A stretch of 63,974 nucleotides of DNA from Folioceros fuciformis. Lineage: Eukaryota. The DNA is taken from positions 17,998 to 81,971 of the forward strand of contig JBNGIO010006040.1 in the NCBI GenBank assembly GCA_049999805.1, in the 5' to 3' direction. How positions within the stretch are numbered: position 1 is the stretch's first letter; the number at the start of each line of letters is the position of its first letter. The notes beneath the pieces were generated by a model. The model was not told the DNA's origin. It saw nothing but the letters and a program-made list of their open reading frames with translations, and did no database searches. Positions 16,994 through 29,076 of the stretch are shown here, piece by piece. The position numbers and the translations under genes are program-made.

Positions 16994-17484
16994 ATGGCGA
17001 GCGGCGAGCACACCTTCATTGACGTTCTGCTAGCCATCATCCTCCCTCCTCTGGGAGTGTTCTTGAAGTACGGTTGTGGGGTAAGTACAAAGTTTCTTTC
17101 CTGCCTGCGGCAAGAGTTGCAGATGCCCGAGGTCTAGCGTTTTCAGAAGTGTTTGCTACCCTCGGGTTTAGGCGCGTTGGACTGGCTTGAAGTAGCGTCT
17201 TTGTGTGGTCCGAAATTTGGATGGTGGTAGGAGTTGAGTTGAGCGAGACGGTGTTGAAGATGCCCGCCTGACAGCAGCCGCTGCACTATCGTGAATTTGT
17301 CTGTTCTTGTTGCATTGTAGAATATCTCGCGTCCGATACTTTTGAGTCTGAATTTGCAGAGTTCAGAGGTATGACTGGATGACTTTATTGTTCGTGGCAG
17401 GTGGAGTTCTGGATCTGCCTACTGCTGACCCTTCTGGGATATATACCCGGAATCATCTATGCTATATACGTCATCGTCGGTTGA
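16994..17484 (+). CDS. RCI2: PMP3/RCI2 small hydrophobic membrane proteolipid (56 aa, 2 exons)
   Basis: Exons 16994-17080 and 17401-17484 give MASGEHTFIDVLLAIILPPLGVFLKYGCG/VEFWICLLLTLLGYIPGIIYAIYVIVG*. The ORF track does not list this gene. Confidence 0.95.
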
Positions 17485-18026
17485 GACTTGTAGCAAATAG
17501 AGCGTTTCCTGTATCGCCAGCTTCTCTCGGAGGCTACATCGTAGGTTTGTACGCTGCGAGTATTCCATCCCATCGTCTCATCAACACGTGTGGAATAATG
17601 GAGTCTGGCATGAATGCCAGCGTCACATTGCAGGGAGATTTGATGTAATGGTAGACCTTATTTGTTAATTCGACGCCCATCAGTAACTATTTAGTTATTT
17701 ATTGGGACAGCTTCTGTAAAATACAAACCTGAAAAAAACGTTTCCGAATACAAATAAATTTTCAACCAATAGAACGACAGAAAGTCTTCGTTACTCGCTC
17801 GTTACACACAACACAGATAGTTTAACAGCATGATCCTTAGCCTGTTCCCCGATCAAAGCGGCTGCTACGCAACCTACACTCTCCCAAGCAAGACAACTGT
17901 GGAGAACCTGAAGATTGCACGACCTTTCGCCAAATGCCCATACCGAAAGCGCAACCAGCTACAAATCGCATGCTCCCTCCGCTGCAACATCTTCATACAC
18001 CTCTGGTCTTTTTCGTCCCTCATCCG

Positions 18027-18368
18027 TCAAGAGTCTTTAGTAAGCGCATAAATGGCGTAGATGATACCAGGTAGCCATCCAAGGAAAGTCAACAGAAGGC
18101 AGATCCAGAACTCAACCTGCGAAAGAGAAAGCCGCCACAAGAATTTCAGCCTCACAAAGAAGCACGCTAGGGTTACAGACAAAACTATCCGCAAGCTCGA
18201 GGCACGATTGGTTTGGCTGAACAGGCCAAATGACTCCAGCGCAGGCAGGAGTCCGGTGACACAACGACGGTTCACCTTGCATCCAAACTTGAAGAAGACT
18301 CCCAGGGGCGGGAGAATGATGGCGAGAAGGATGTCGACACAGGTTGCAGTGTCCCCGCCCTTCCCCAT
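18027..18368 (-). CDS. RCI2: Second PMP3/RCI2 proteolipid (2 exons)
   Basis: MGKGGDTATCVDILLAIILPPLGVFFKFGCK/VEFWICLLLTFLGWLPGIIYAIYALTKDS*, with an in-frame intron at ~18117-18275. Confidence 0.95.
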   Translation of the reverse strand: MGKGGDTATCVDILLAIILPPLGVFFKFGCKVNRRCVTGLLPALESFGLFSQTNRASSLRIVLSVTLACFFVRLKFLWRLSLSQVEFWICLLLTFLGWLPGIIYAIYALTKDS

Positions 18369-18931
18369 GGCGCCCGCTGGCCTGCGACCGTCGCGCTACC
18401 GAAGAAGCGATCACCAGGAGCCTCTGGCGCGGGTTGGATCGACACGGGCAGGTGGGAACTGCGTTTGCACGCTTCTTCTCAAGGCAGAGCTGCAGGTGAG
18501 GTCCACCGTCCACACGCAGAAGAACAGTCCGCGTCACTTCCCACGTCCGTGTGTCAGCTGGCGACAACCATAATTGGAGCTGGCGGAGGGTCCGTTGAAC
18601 AGTGTGTTCCCGTTGAGGTTTCCCCGTCACGAGAGCGCGTCTTTCGTACGCACGCAAAACGGCCGGGATCCTGGGTTGTGACTAACTAATAATGTACTGT
18701 ATGTACATAATTTTGATTGGGTAGCATGTACAAATTTGGAGCGCAAGGGCGGCATAACGAGACGGGAAAGGAACAGCCGCGACAGAGTTTTTATGTGGGC
18801 ATTTTCAAGCAACTGGGCAAGGTTATCCTCTAGTGGAAGCCCCCCCGCCCGCTTAAGGAAGCAGGCCAACTGAAAGAGAGCTGTCTCCCGCCTCAGGACA
18901 GGCGGACAGCCGAGATGGCAGTTACGCTCTG

Positions 18932-18939
18932 GAATATGC
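18932..18939. promoter_or_regulatory. P1BS (PHR1-binding) motif upstream of GDPD
   Basis: GAATATGC matches GNATATNC, ~450 bp upstream of the GDPD ATG. It is a single short motif and could be chance. Confidence 0.35.
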
Positions 18940-19379
18940 TGCGTGACGAGTGGATAATGCCGCATCTGATGCGCATCTCCCGACCCGCCCTCTTCTTCTT
19001 GCTCGCCTTCCTGATTCATCACGCCCGGGATGTACCGCCTGTGTGCACATAAGTCCGCGTCGCTAGCGCTTTGTCTGCGGATCGCACAATCTCGCTCTGC
19101 CGCCTCTGCCTCGCCCTGCGTTTTCCTCGCGTCTCAGGCTCGGTTGTGGGACCAGTACTCGCCGAGCACTCGCACAACCGGGTTGCAACCAGCTCCCCTG
19201 TTCGGATACCCGGATTTCTCGCCTCCAGGTAGGCCGTGATTTGATGGCGATTCGATTCCATTGTAATTGATCTAGGTTGGGGGATTGGTGAGGATGGAAG
19301 GAGAGGAATCTCGTTGTGATCGGAGGTGGTGATTTTGTTTGCAGCTCACGGAGCAGGGGTGTTTGGGTCCCTGGGTACG

Positions 19380-21430
19380 ATGGACGCTCTTTCTAATGGT
19401 GAGTTTGCCTTTGCCTTCCCTCGTCTGTAGCTTGTTTACGTTCTGCCTTAGGTATTCAGGAGGTGGCCTGGTGTAGTGTGGGGTGGTGTGGTGTGGTGTG
19501 GTGTGGTGTGGTGTGGTGTGGTGTGGTGTGGTGTGGTGTGTTTGTGTTGTTGGTGAAACCGTTTGTTTTCATTTGCTCAGACTCGATCCAAAATGGTCTT
19601 AAACCAAAACTCGTGGTGGTTGGTCACCGGGGATGTGGGAAGAACACAAGCCCTGCCCTAGGAGAGATGCCTGATGCTAGACCCTCTATCAGAGAGAATA
19701 CAATCACTTCCTTCAATCTGGCTGCCACTAATGGTGCAGATTTTATTGAGTTTGATGTTCAGGTATTTTGGTTGTCCTACCTTGCCTCACTGGGGGGTGG
19801 GGAGGNNNNNNNNNNNNNNNNNNNNNNNNNNNNNNNNNNNNNNNNNNNNNNNNNNNNNNNNNNNNNNNNNNNNNNNNNNNNNNNNNNNNNNNNNNNNNNN
19901 NNNNNGTATTTTGGTTGTCCTACCTTGCCTCACTGGGGGGTGGGGAGGGGGGCTCACGTTTACAGTTTTTGTGTTAGAAAGCTTACCTGTGTACTCGGTG
20001 TCCCACCAGGTGACCAGGGACGGACGTCCTGTGATATTCCACGACGACTTGATCCTCACCGAGGACGAGGTGCTCATCCTTAACCTGTCATTTTTCATCG
20101 GGATATCTGTCGGGGTTTGGTTTGCAATGAAGTTCGTCGAAGCGTGTTGCTGCTGCTCACTAGTCATGTATTTCTTGTAGAAGGCAAGCACAATTGGTGA
20201 CCTTAGCCTCCATGAATTTCTCGGCATTGGGCCTCAAATGGGCAATGGCAAGGTTGAAATCATGGAAGCCTTAACCTTGTGCTGTGCATGCTTTGATTCG
20301 TTCCTTTCTCCTGTGTGCTTAAGTAGACCTGTGTTATTGGCTGTTGCAGGGTGGCATAGCCCTTCTAAGAAGGGCTCGAGATGGATCAATCAGTAGTTGG
20401 AATGTGACCGTGGAGGACAGTCTATGTACCTTGGAAGAGGTTTTCCTGCAGGTTGATCCAGCCGTTGGATTCAACATTGAAGTAAAGTTCAACGATCACG
20501 ACGATGTTTCTGAGGCTGAACTGTATCGGGTTATATCAGCTATCCTTCTTGTGAGTACCGTCCGCACGCAGATGATCCTCTTAGGGGTCTACTTTTCTGA
20601 GTTCTAAGATGCCGGGGAAGAACAGTTGATTTTGGATATGATCACGCTCTGAACGCTGTTGTATTCTTGGTGGGACCATTTAGGATGTGCAACGTCACTC
20701 TAGTGGAAGAAGAATCTACTTTTCTAGCTTCCACCCTGATGCTGTGGCCATCCTGCGGAAGGAACAAGACAGCTATCCAGTCAGTACTCTGACTACAATG
20801 GCCGTATTCGCATGATGCGGTTCCTTGATGTGAAGCTATCAACATCTTTCTGATCGACGTCATGTTGGAATTGTTTCAGGTCTTTTTTCTTACAGACGGA
20901 GGCGGCCATACCTTCAAGGATGCGCGCAAGAATACCATTCAAGCTGCCATCGAAGTCTGCTTGAAAAGTACGTGATACCCAAAGTTGAGCGTCTGGAGGA
21001 TGTCACTCGCTTGCGGTAACCTTGACCTAACTTGCGTTAATTCCAACTTTTGTCATATATCCAGACGGGCTACAAGGAATAGTGTCCGAAGTGAAGCCAA
21101 TTCTTCAAAACCCTGCAGCAGTTTCTGATGTGAAAAAAGCTGGTCTCATCATGTTCACGTACGGCGAACTGAAGTAAGTTCTCTGATTCTACTGGCATGA
21201 GCTACCTTCCTGCTCTTCCCTTGTCGCTGAACTGAAGTCTTAGTGGTGGATGATACAGCAACCTTGCCGAGGCAGTTGTTAAGCAGAAACGGCTGGGAGT
21301 GGACGGTGTAATTGTGGACCACGTCCCGGAGATCGTGGCGGTGGTGCGATACTTGGATCAAATGACATATCTGCCAGGTGTACGTCATAGGAAAATGGAT
21401 GTCTCTGTCAGCGTCAAGGCTGCTGCCTAA
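19380..21430 (+). CDS. GDPD: Glycerophosphodiester phosphodiesterase (plant GDPD1-3 type), multi-exon
   Basis: Motifs VVGHRGCGKN, RENTITSF, ADFIEFDVQVTRDGRPVIFHDD, GFNIEVKF, FSSFHPDA, FTYGELN and GVDGVIVDHV. The putative 19-nt exon 1 is at 19380-19398. Confidence 0.93.
19484..19540 (+). repeat. (TGGTG)n microsatellite in GDPD intron 1
   Basis: About 11 perfect pentamer copies. Confidence 0.95.
19806..19905. other. Assembly gap (100 N) with duplicated flanks
   Basis: The same 43 bp lie on both sides of the gap (19763-19805 and 19906-19948). Confidence 0.9.
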
Positions 21431-23237
21431 CTGCAGGCCAGGCGGGAGGCAATGGCGAAGTTAAGCCAATGTGCGCACCGAGCCTCATATTGTAGGAGGC
21501 AATGGGGAATTGAAGCCAATGTGCACACATACCCCTCAGATTGTAAACTAGATGTCATTGGCGTACAGGATTTAGAAGCGGAGGAGAGGAATCGTAGCTG
21601 TAAAGGGTTGAAGGTCACGGACATGCTGAGGACCATATTGGTTAGGTAGACCCTACGTGTACTATACCTACATTCATTTTTGTTATCGCTCCTACCCGAG
21701 TCTTCATCCCTTGATCCAAGTTTCTTTCATAAATTATGACTCAGGAACAGAGAAATGCATTTGGTTGCGCGATGGGCTAGCCTAGTCCGCGTGAGACGCA
21801 CCCCGACGCCCAATCAGCGGAAGCGCAGCTGCATGAAGAGCCTTAGTGCAGGAGTGGTGGAGTGCACCTCTCCGCGGAGAAACTTTATGAGCCAAGAGAC
21901 GGGGAAACACGAAAAAGTGCAAACCATGTTGTACACTGGCAGCCGCACAACAGGTGCTGAATCGGATGTTGCTTGTGGTTCCTACTTTCCCGTCGTGAAG
22001 TGGGCTTTCCGGGCGCAATCGATCGCCAAAAAGGTCGCGAATGTCCGGGCCGCTCCCCGGCCCATATCGGCTAGCGAGGACCCCATATGCCAGGCCGATT
22101 GTGGGCCTGGCTCGATAATGTACATGCATAACGGTGGATAATGCAGCGCGGAAAAATGACAGCCTACGGTTGTGGAGGTTGGTGGTCGCGGCTGACGTGG
22201 TTACACCGGCCTATGCCAGGCCGCATGCAGAGTGCGGGATATGGCTGCACCCCTTTTCAGGATTCCTCCCACATGGGCGGGACTAACTTTCCAGCACCAA
22301 GACTACTATAAACTATTGCTGTGTGTACCTATATACATGTGCTGGAAGCTGCCACGCGCTGCACCCGCCGAATCCCAGTCCGAGTCCGCGGTTAATGGAG
22401 TCAGAAACGGGTACTAAGCACTGGGATGCGCTCCAACACTCCGACAACGCATCCCCACGCTCCCCAAGCCGCTCCGCCTCCACCTCCGCCTGCGCCTCGG
22501 GCGCGGGTAGCTCCAGCCACTGGTTCAGTGCACTGCAGTGTGGCTCGCGCTTTTGCCCGCTCACGATCCGCCACTTCCACGCGGTGTCTGGCACGGTCTT
22601 CGCGCGCGGATGGAGACGGGATCGACCCGCCGGCTCCGCGACGAGTAGGATAAATTTGCACCGGCCTCCGCTGTGGATGCAGCAGCTGGAACGTCGCTTT
22701 CGCGCTAGAGGACAGTCTTGCCTCCGCCTCTGTCTTTGCTGCCTACTGGCCCTCTCGCTTGCGCCGCCACCGGTGTCGGCGCCCGTTCATGCAACAGCCA
22801 AGAGATGGCAGCCGCGCAGGGCTGGAGCAGGTCTGTCATCCTATTTGTGCGCCGCTCATTGCTTTGATTGTGTAAAAAGGTGTGATGGATGCCTCCCGGA
22901 ATCTGTTTTCCCTTGGAATGTCCTTTCTTGTGCTTGCTGTGTTTGTTTCGTCTGCATGCTCAACTTGGATTTCAGTACCTGCTCTCTCTCGTGAGGCCGA
23001 CGCGCTAAGTACCTGCATTCGGGCTAGTTTGTGTCGTTTGAAAGCTGCTTGGCCTGGCACGTGCTTTTCACATTTGTGTTTTGCCGGGATATCTGCTCTT
23101 TCTTGTCACTCTGTTGACCCGGTTTGCGGAGCTTGGCCTGGCAGTGCGCTGTACTCTGATGAACTGCTGCCATGCCCTACTGATGCAAACTGTTGCTGCT
23201 CTTGCTTCAGCTCGTGAATCACCTTCCTTGTGCGCAG

Positions 23238-24077
23238 GATGATGGAGGAGGAGGATCGATTTCGACCGCAGCCGCTTTGACACTACTGCATCTGCAATCG
23301 GAAACTTCCCTGTGCGATGTACCGGACGAGGTGCTTCAGATATGTTTTGCCAAAATTCCCTTAAGGTTTCTGCATAGAGTCCGAGCGGTATGCAAGCGAT
23401 GGCACCGGCTGGGACAGTGCAATTCCATGCGCCAGCTGCGGAAGGACCTGGGGCTCACAGAGCCATGGACGTTTGTTTTAACCAACGAGTACTCGAAAAA
23501 TTGTGCATTCAGGGGCTTGCAAGGTCATGCATACAATCTCACATCGAATTCTTGCCTCTCTATATATCCGCTGAATGGTCCTCAACGGCTCCAGTTCGGG
23601 GTGATAGGTGGAACCAACGGCCTTGTTTACATCCTCGGTGGCAGATCACCTCTCATCTCAGGGAACGAGTTTGTGGTGTTCGCCAGAGTGGATGTCTATG
23701 ATCTGTTGCAGAATTGCTGGAGTCGGGCACCGGGCATGCGGAGCTCACGCTTCGGCTTTGCGGCGGGGGCGTTTGCTGATGAAGCCACGAATCATATCAA
23801 GTTGATCGTATCTGGAGGCTACGACGCGCATGGACAGGCTTTACCCTTGGCTGAAACTTTTGACGTTGAGCGACAAGAATGGGAGCAAATCCCCAGCATG
23901 CTCCGGATGAAAGGCGCGTGCCGTGGCAAAGTGGTCAACGGCATGTTCTACGTGAAGCAAGCCAATGCAGATCCTAATTATATTGAACGATACGATCCCG
24001 TCAGTCGCCAATGGACTTACAATGGCGGAGAGAATGTCTGTTTCCGGGAAATACTTGCCGTATCACTCAATATATAA
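23238..24077 (+). CDS. F-box/kelch-repeat protein (main exon; 5' exon possibly from ATG 22395)
   Basis: F-box SLCDVPDEVLQICFAKIP..LHRVRAVCKRW. Kelch blades NGLVYILGG...VDVYDLLQNCWSRAPGMRSSR, LIVSGGY...AETFDVERQEWEQIPSM and IERYDPVSRQWT. Confidence 0.88.
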   Translation, partial: DDGGGGSISTAAALTLLHLQSETSLCDVPDEVLQICFAKIPLRFLHRVRAVCKRWHRLGQCNSMRQLRKDLGLTEPWTFVLTNEYSKNCAFRGLQGHAYNLTSNSCLSIYPLNGPQRLQFGVIGGTNGLVYILGGRSPLISGNEFVVFARVDVYDLLQNCWSRAPGMRSSRFGFAAGAFADEATNHIKLIVSGGYDAHGQALPLAETFDVERQEWEQIPSMLRMKGACRGKVVNGMFYVKQANADPNYIERYDPVSRQWTYNGGENVCFREILAVSLNI

Positions 24078-24243
24078 GCAACAATTCCAGGACTGTGCCA
24101 ATCATTACCCCATTATACATACTAGAATGTACAACCAATTCCTACTTCCTTAACCATTACTACTGCATCTATCACGCATCTAGACACCATCACCTCACCT
24201 CCATATATTGCACCTGGCCCACTGCAGAAAACGCGCCATCCAT

Positions 24244-27200
24244 TTAGTTGAAAAAATACGGCGAAACCAAAACTTCTTTCAAATCCAAATCGCCTCGTTT
24301 TGGAATATCCGGAAACTCCAAATCAGGCATCTGATTCTTGAAATCCTCCAAGAGCTGCGACATTAGATTGCAGAGGTTAAGAACCGAAGTACAACAGTAA
24401 AAAGTACAACACGACGACCTTGGGCAGTCCCATACGTTTTCCAGAATCGGTTGGCCGTAAAGCTCTACAAACTTCTCCCTAAGAATCTGGTTCATCCGAT
24501 CCACATCGGCAGCATGAGTCCAGTAGGAGTCATGCACACCTGCGGGCAGATGGTTTGGTCAGACTTACACGGGATGCCATTGCACAAACAGTTAGCAACT
24601 GTGAGCACTTTATCACGCAAGCTACCAATTAAGAAAAAGTACCTGCAAATGACAATCCTTCCTTCCCACAAGCAACCGCAGTCATCATCATGTGCGTTCC
24701 ATCAAGGGAATGCACAAAATTTGGAGGGAATGCACTACGTTGCCGACCGACATGCACCTGTTCATCATTGAAGTGTTTGTAAGCAATGCATAGATGCATC
24801 CTCACCACACGGTGGTTAGAGAGGAAATGAGGCTTACTGGTTGGTCGTCGAATCTCTTCAAGGAAAGAACCTGCAAGCTTGTTTTCACCTGCAAGCACAA
24901 AAGTTAAGTTCGTGTGGTCCTCTATAAAGGAGAGAAAAAATCACACAGCCGTGTGGAGAAGGGGCAAGCCAGACAATATTATTACCGTATGTCTGCTTTC
25001 CCTCCTGTAAGGCTGTACTACAGGAAGCCCCAGAGGTGTCATCCATTGCACTGGCACGTTTTGACTGGCAATTATCTACAGCAAAAAGCCCAAGATTCAA
25101 CCAGAGAAGGCTACAATCTAGGGACCATCTTGGGCATATATTCAACGAGGGTTAGTTTAATCACCCGAGCACAATTACCGAGCCACTCCATGATGCATCT
25201 TGCCTCATTAAACATCTCGCCAAGGGCACCCAACGTCACCTGTGAATCCCATCCATCCCCCATTTCAGCCTACAGCTTTGGTTTACCTGAGAATTTTAGT
25301 CCGCACTGCTGTTCCTATATACGAAAGACAGTCAATTGTCAGTGCCTACAGACCGCTTACTTACTTTGGCGGCATAGCTGGCAGCAAGAAAGGGACTGTG
25401 TCCTTCCGGTAAACAGTTCCTCTCCATTAGTCTAGCTAAGATTTGGGTCCTAGCTCCTACGAAGGTAACACCATACACTGATGTCATCACAGTTTGCTTT
25501 ACCAGTTTCCTGTCCACCTGCAAAACAGCAAATAAGACTTCACCTCCCTGCTGTCGTTCTGAGCATACATACATCGCTCAAAGTTACATACCTGACCAAT
25601 CAACACTCTGGCCTGCTGTGCAGATCGTGAATCCGCAGGCCCCAACGCATCCTTTTCCATAGTCGCGTGAACTCTGCAAGCCCGACACAGAGTAAGGCTT
25701 TTGATTGGATGAAAGATGCACACGAGGATGAGACACGGATAACATAGTCACTAGTTCTGTGATACACCTTTTCGCAATGCTCATGTAAACATCTGCAGGT
25801 TTGTTGCATGCAATGAGGTTGACGGACGCTGCGCCAGACTGTCAGCGATCAAACAATGTATAGATTCTGCCCCAAAATCAACAGAACAAATGCATCAAAG
25901 AAGAGCTCAACTAGAACTTACCTGATCCCTACCTAAGGCTGCATAGTGTTGCAGTCCATTGCAAGAGCCATCCTGCACAGAACAGAATAGGACTTAAACC
26001 ATCTTCACAGACACTCTGGGGACCATTTGCTATCTTCACACGACTGCCAACTCCACTACAAGGATAAGCACCTGATGTACAGGTAAGTGAGAAATGTAGC
26101 CCTCGGGATTGCTTGTCCTTAGGGCATTGCTCAGATCCATGCACACTGCAAGACATTGGAATGGACACTCTGCTCCAAGCCACCACCGATCACCATCTAA
26201 GGGCCTCGCAGCAGAATCCAAGACTTTCTCCATGTTGTTGTCCACAAATGCAATACGGCCATCAAAAGCCAGCTTATCCACCCCTCCCCCGTAAAGGTTT
26301 GCAAGGCTTATCTTGAGCCACCATAGGCCCTTGTGGCCCAGCGCACGGCCTTCAGCAAACTCTAAGAGTCCACGGGATACGTCTGCCCCCAAGTGGTTGA
26401 GGTGAGGATGCATTGGATAGGCCCTTCCTCTGAAGTCTATATTATGTGGATAGAAAAAACATTCCTCCTCAGCCATCTTCTGGGCCACCTGAAAAAGTAA
26501 GGGCATCAAAAACCTATTTTACTCCAGACTGCAGAAGTTCTCAGTCGCCAGGCATTTCTCAGCATAATGAACTTCCGACAATAGAAGAACAATGCGGATT
26601 AATCACACCTCAAGCTTGACATTCATGTCACAGCGTAATGAGTGCCTTTCTGAATTGATGCGCTTCGCAATGGCTGCCTCTCTCCTGAACTTTGCCAGAA
26701 GAGCCGTATCTTCGGTGTCTGGTTTCTCTGGTACGTCCACCTATGAAGAAAAGATAAACAGCATTGTCAACATCCATGTGCCATGCTGAAACCTAGAGCT
26801 TGTTCGGAAAATGGAAAGCTGGCAATCAATGCTCACATCAGCTCGGTCCACCAAATTCGCTACTCCACCTCCATTCCTCCACAACCTCTCCACCACATTA
26901 AGAACGCGCTTATTTATTCGCCACGCAGTGGTTCCTAGAGTGTCAAGAGCCTACCCAAAAATTATGGGTAAGAAGCAAAGAACAATCACGTCAAGCCTCA
27001 TCCAAATCATCGTGCGCAGTTACCTCAAAAACAGGCATCAAGCTCCAATCTTCATGCGCTCTTACAGCCCTTGCTTGCGCCTTTGATCCATGAGTGCGCA
27101 TGAAGGCACTTCTTAGGTACAAATAAGCACCGCTTGAATAGCTGCAACACAGGCCATGAACGGACAGTTTTGCACTGACACTAACCTCAAGAGACCAAAC

Positions 27201-29076
27201 AGTGGAACAAGGCCTACAGTCTGGGAGCAACAAACGCAAAAGAGAGAACAATTATTTCACACAGACTCCTTGTAAGCCTTACCCTGTCCATTCGATAGGT
27301 GGAACAAGCATGGGCATGTACGGCATCTCAGTGCGGAGGACCTGTACGGCAGTAGATGAGATGGAAGTACACAAGCTAGGCCAGAAAAGGTGTGCCTTTG
27401 GCATGTAGCAGACTAGCCCCAAAACACGGCGTCTCAACGTCAAGACAAATGTCTGCTGCGGACAGGTCGAACAACGAACCCTGATCACTCACCGATCTTC
27501 CTAGCTCTTTGCAAACAAATTGATCCATTTCGATCACTCCATGGTAGCGACTGGGTCTGCCGGAAAACAACGAAACCATACAATCAAGTCATCAGTTGAA
27601 CCTCAAAGCTTCCTAGAAACAACATCAATTCAACAGCGAAAACAGCATTGCATTACATGTTTGACTTTTTCTTCTGCAACATTTTCAACGTGTGCCTGAA
27701 TGCTGGTCGATGCTCTGGCACATCGGTCCCGGATGCAAACCCTGTTGGCGTTACAACAGCGGTCTCCACCAAAAGCTGCAGTAAGCGGGCTCCCACCTAA
27801 ATCCACACCATTATCAGGTCGGGTCAAGTCATCGCAAAAAGACAACAAGGCTTCCCATACCTTAGCACAAATATCTTCACCCCAAGGCTCTGAGGATGCA
27901 GCCTTCTTGAAGAGATAGGGAAGCGATCTCATCTTCTTCGCCTTCACAGCGGTCCTGACTTTACGTCTTTGGCGCGCAGCTTCCTTTGCCTGCTTTTGGT
28001 CAAGATGGCCCTTCTTGGGCCTGGCCAGCAACCGCCTGACGTAATTCTGCCAAAGAGTGGGCACAACACTGCGTGACCGCGCACAATAGCAAGCTTTTGC
28101 TGCTATATTCCTTCGCCAAACCAAAGAATCTCAAAGGGCCCCTTCAGTGAGGACCAATTCCCACCTCATTCTCAATTGCTTCGCCAATTTGAATAGCAGC
28201 ACCAACGACACGGACGGAGCCACTTCCGTGCGGGTTGAACTCCAGGCACATACCCAAGAGCTTGTGCATAGTTATCACGGCCATCACATCCGAAGGCAGC
28301 TTGGCAAAAAAAGGCCCGTAGACGGCCCGAAACGGGAAATGCTCCCGGGCCAGAAACCCTTTCTTCTCACGCTCGATTGCCTCGCGGAAGGGCTCAAACC
28401 ATCCGAGCAGCAGAGACTGTGCAAAAGGCAAATTCGGTGCAAGGTTTTTCTTGCACATTTCCTCCATAAGGGTCACGTAGGAAGCAGCAGCGGTCGTCCA
28501 GGCATCAACTTCCACCTTCTTCTGCCGCTCGAGCAGCGCCTCATAATCTTCCCTTCGACGAAACAAGGCCCGTTTCTCCTCCGAGCTCCGGGGCCTCAAT
28601 CCCGAACGCTCCAAGGACAACAAACTTCGGCAATCCACCTTCTCTTCCAATTCCTCTGCCGCTTCTGCCATCCCCGCCAATGCATTGACATGGCAGGGGC
28701 ACCGGAAATCCTCAATTCCCCCACCCCGGCCAGGAAGTGTATCCAATACATGTGTGGCGATCCAGGGCAAATTCAGCACGGTATGCAGGGCTGCGTCCAG
28801 CGCAAACACGCTTTCCTCAAGGCAGCTCAGTCTCTGAGCCCAGGCGTCCCGGGACCCAGCCGAGCGCAATTCCGCCTCCAAGCGGCTCGGAGCCCGCCAT
28901 TTGGGGCCCAGGGATCTGTCCAAGACGGACGCAGCAGCGGAGCTGTTCCACCTGCGACACGCACGGCAGAGGCCTTGCTCCTGCTGGCAATGCTGCTGCT
29001 GCCCCTGTTGCAAATCCGGAATGCTGCGCCTGCGGGAGGAGGAACGCGTGAGCTGCCGGGCGACTGCTCTCCACAT
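24244..29076 (-). CDS. RpoT: Nuclear-encoded phage-type (T7-like) organellar RNA polymerase, many exons
   Basis: Motifs [68 protein letters not shown] and C-terminal SPYFFN*. The N-terminus MWRAVARQL looks like a mitochondrial presequence. Confidence 0.97.

Noticed and set aside
19463..19560. WCGVV peptide repeat in the ORF track
   Set aside because: It is the translation of an intronic (TGGTG)n microsatellite.
24244..29076. Phage-like polymerase as a viral insertion or recent horizontal transfer
   Set aside because: It is an intron-rich gene with a transit peptide, which is the standard eukaryotic organellar RpoT.
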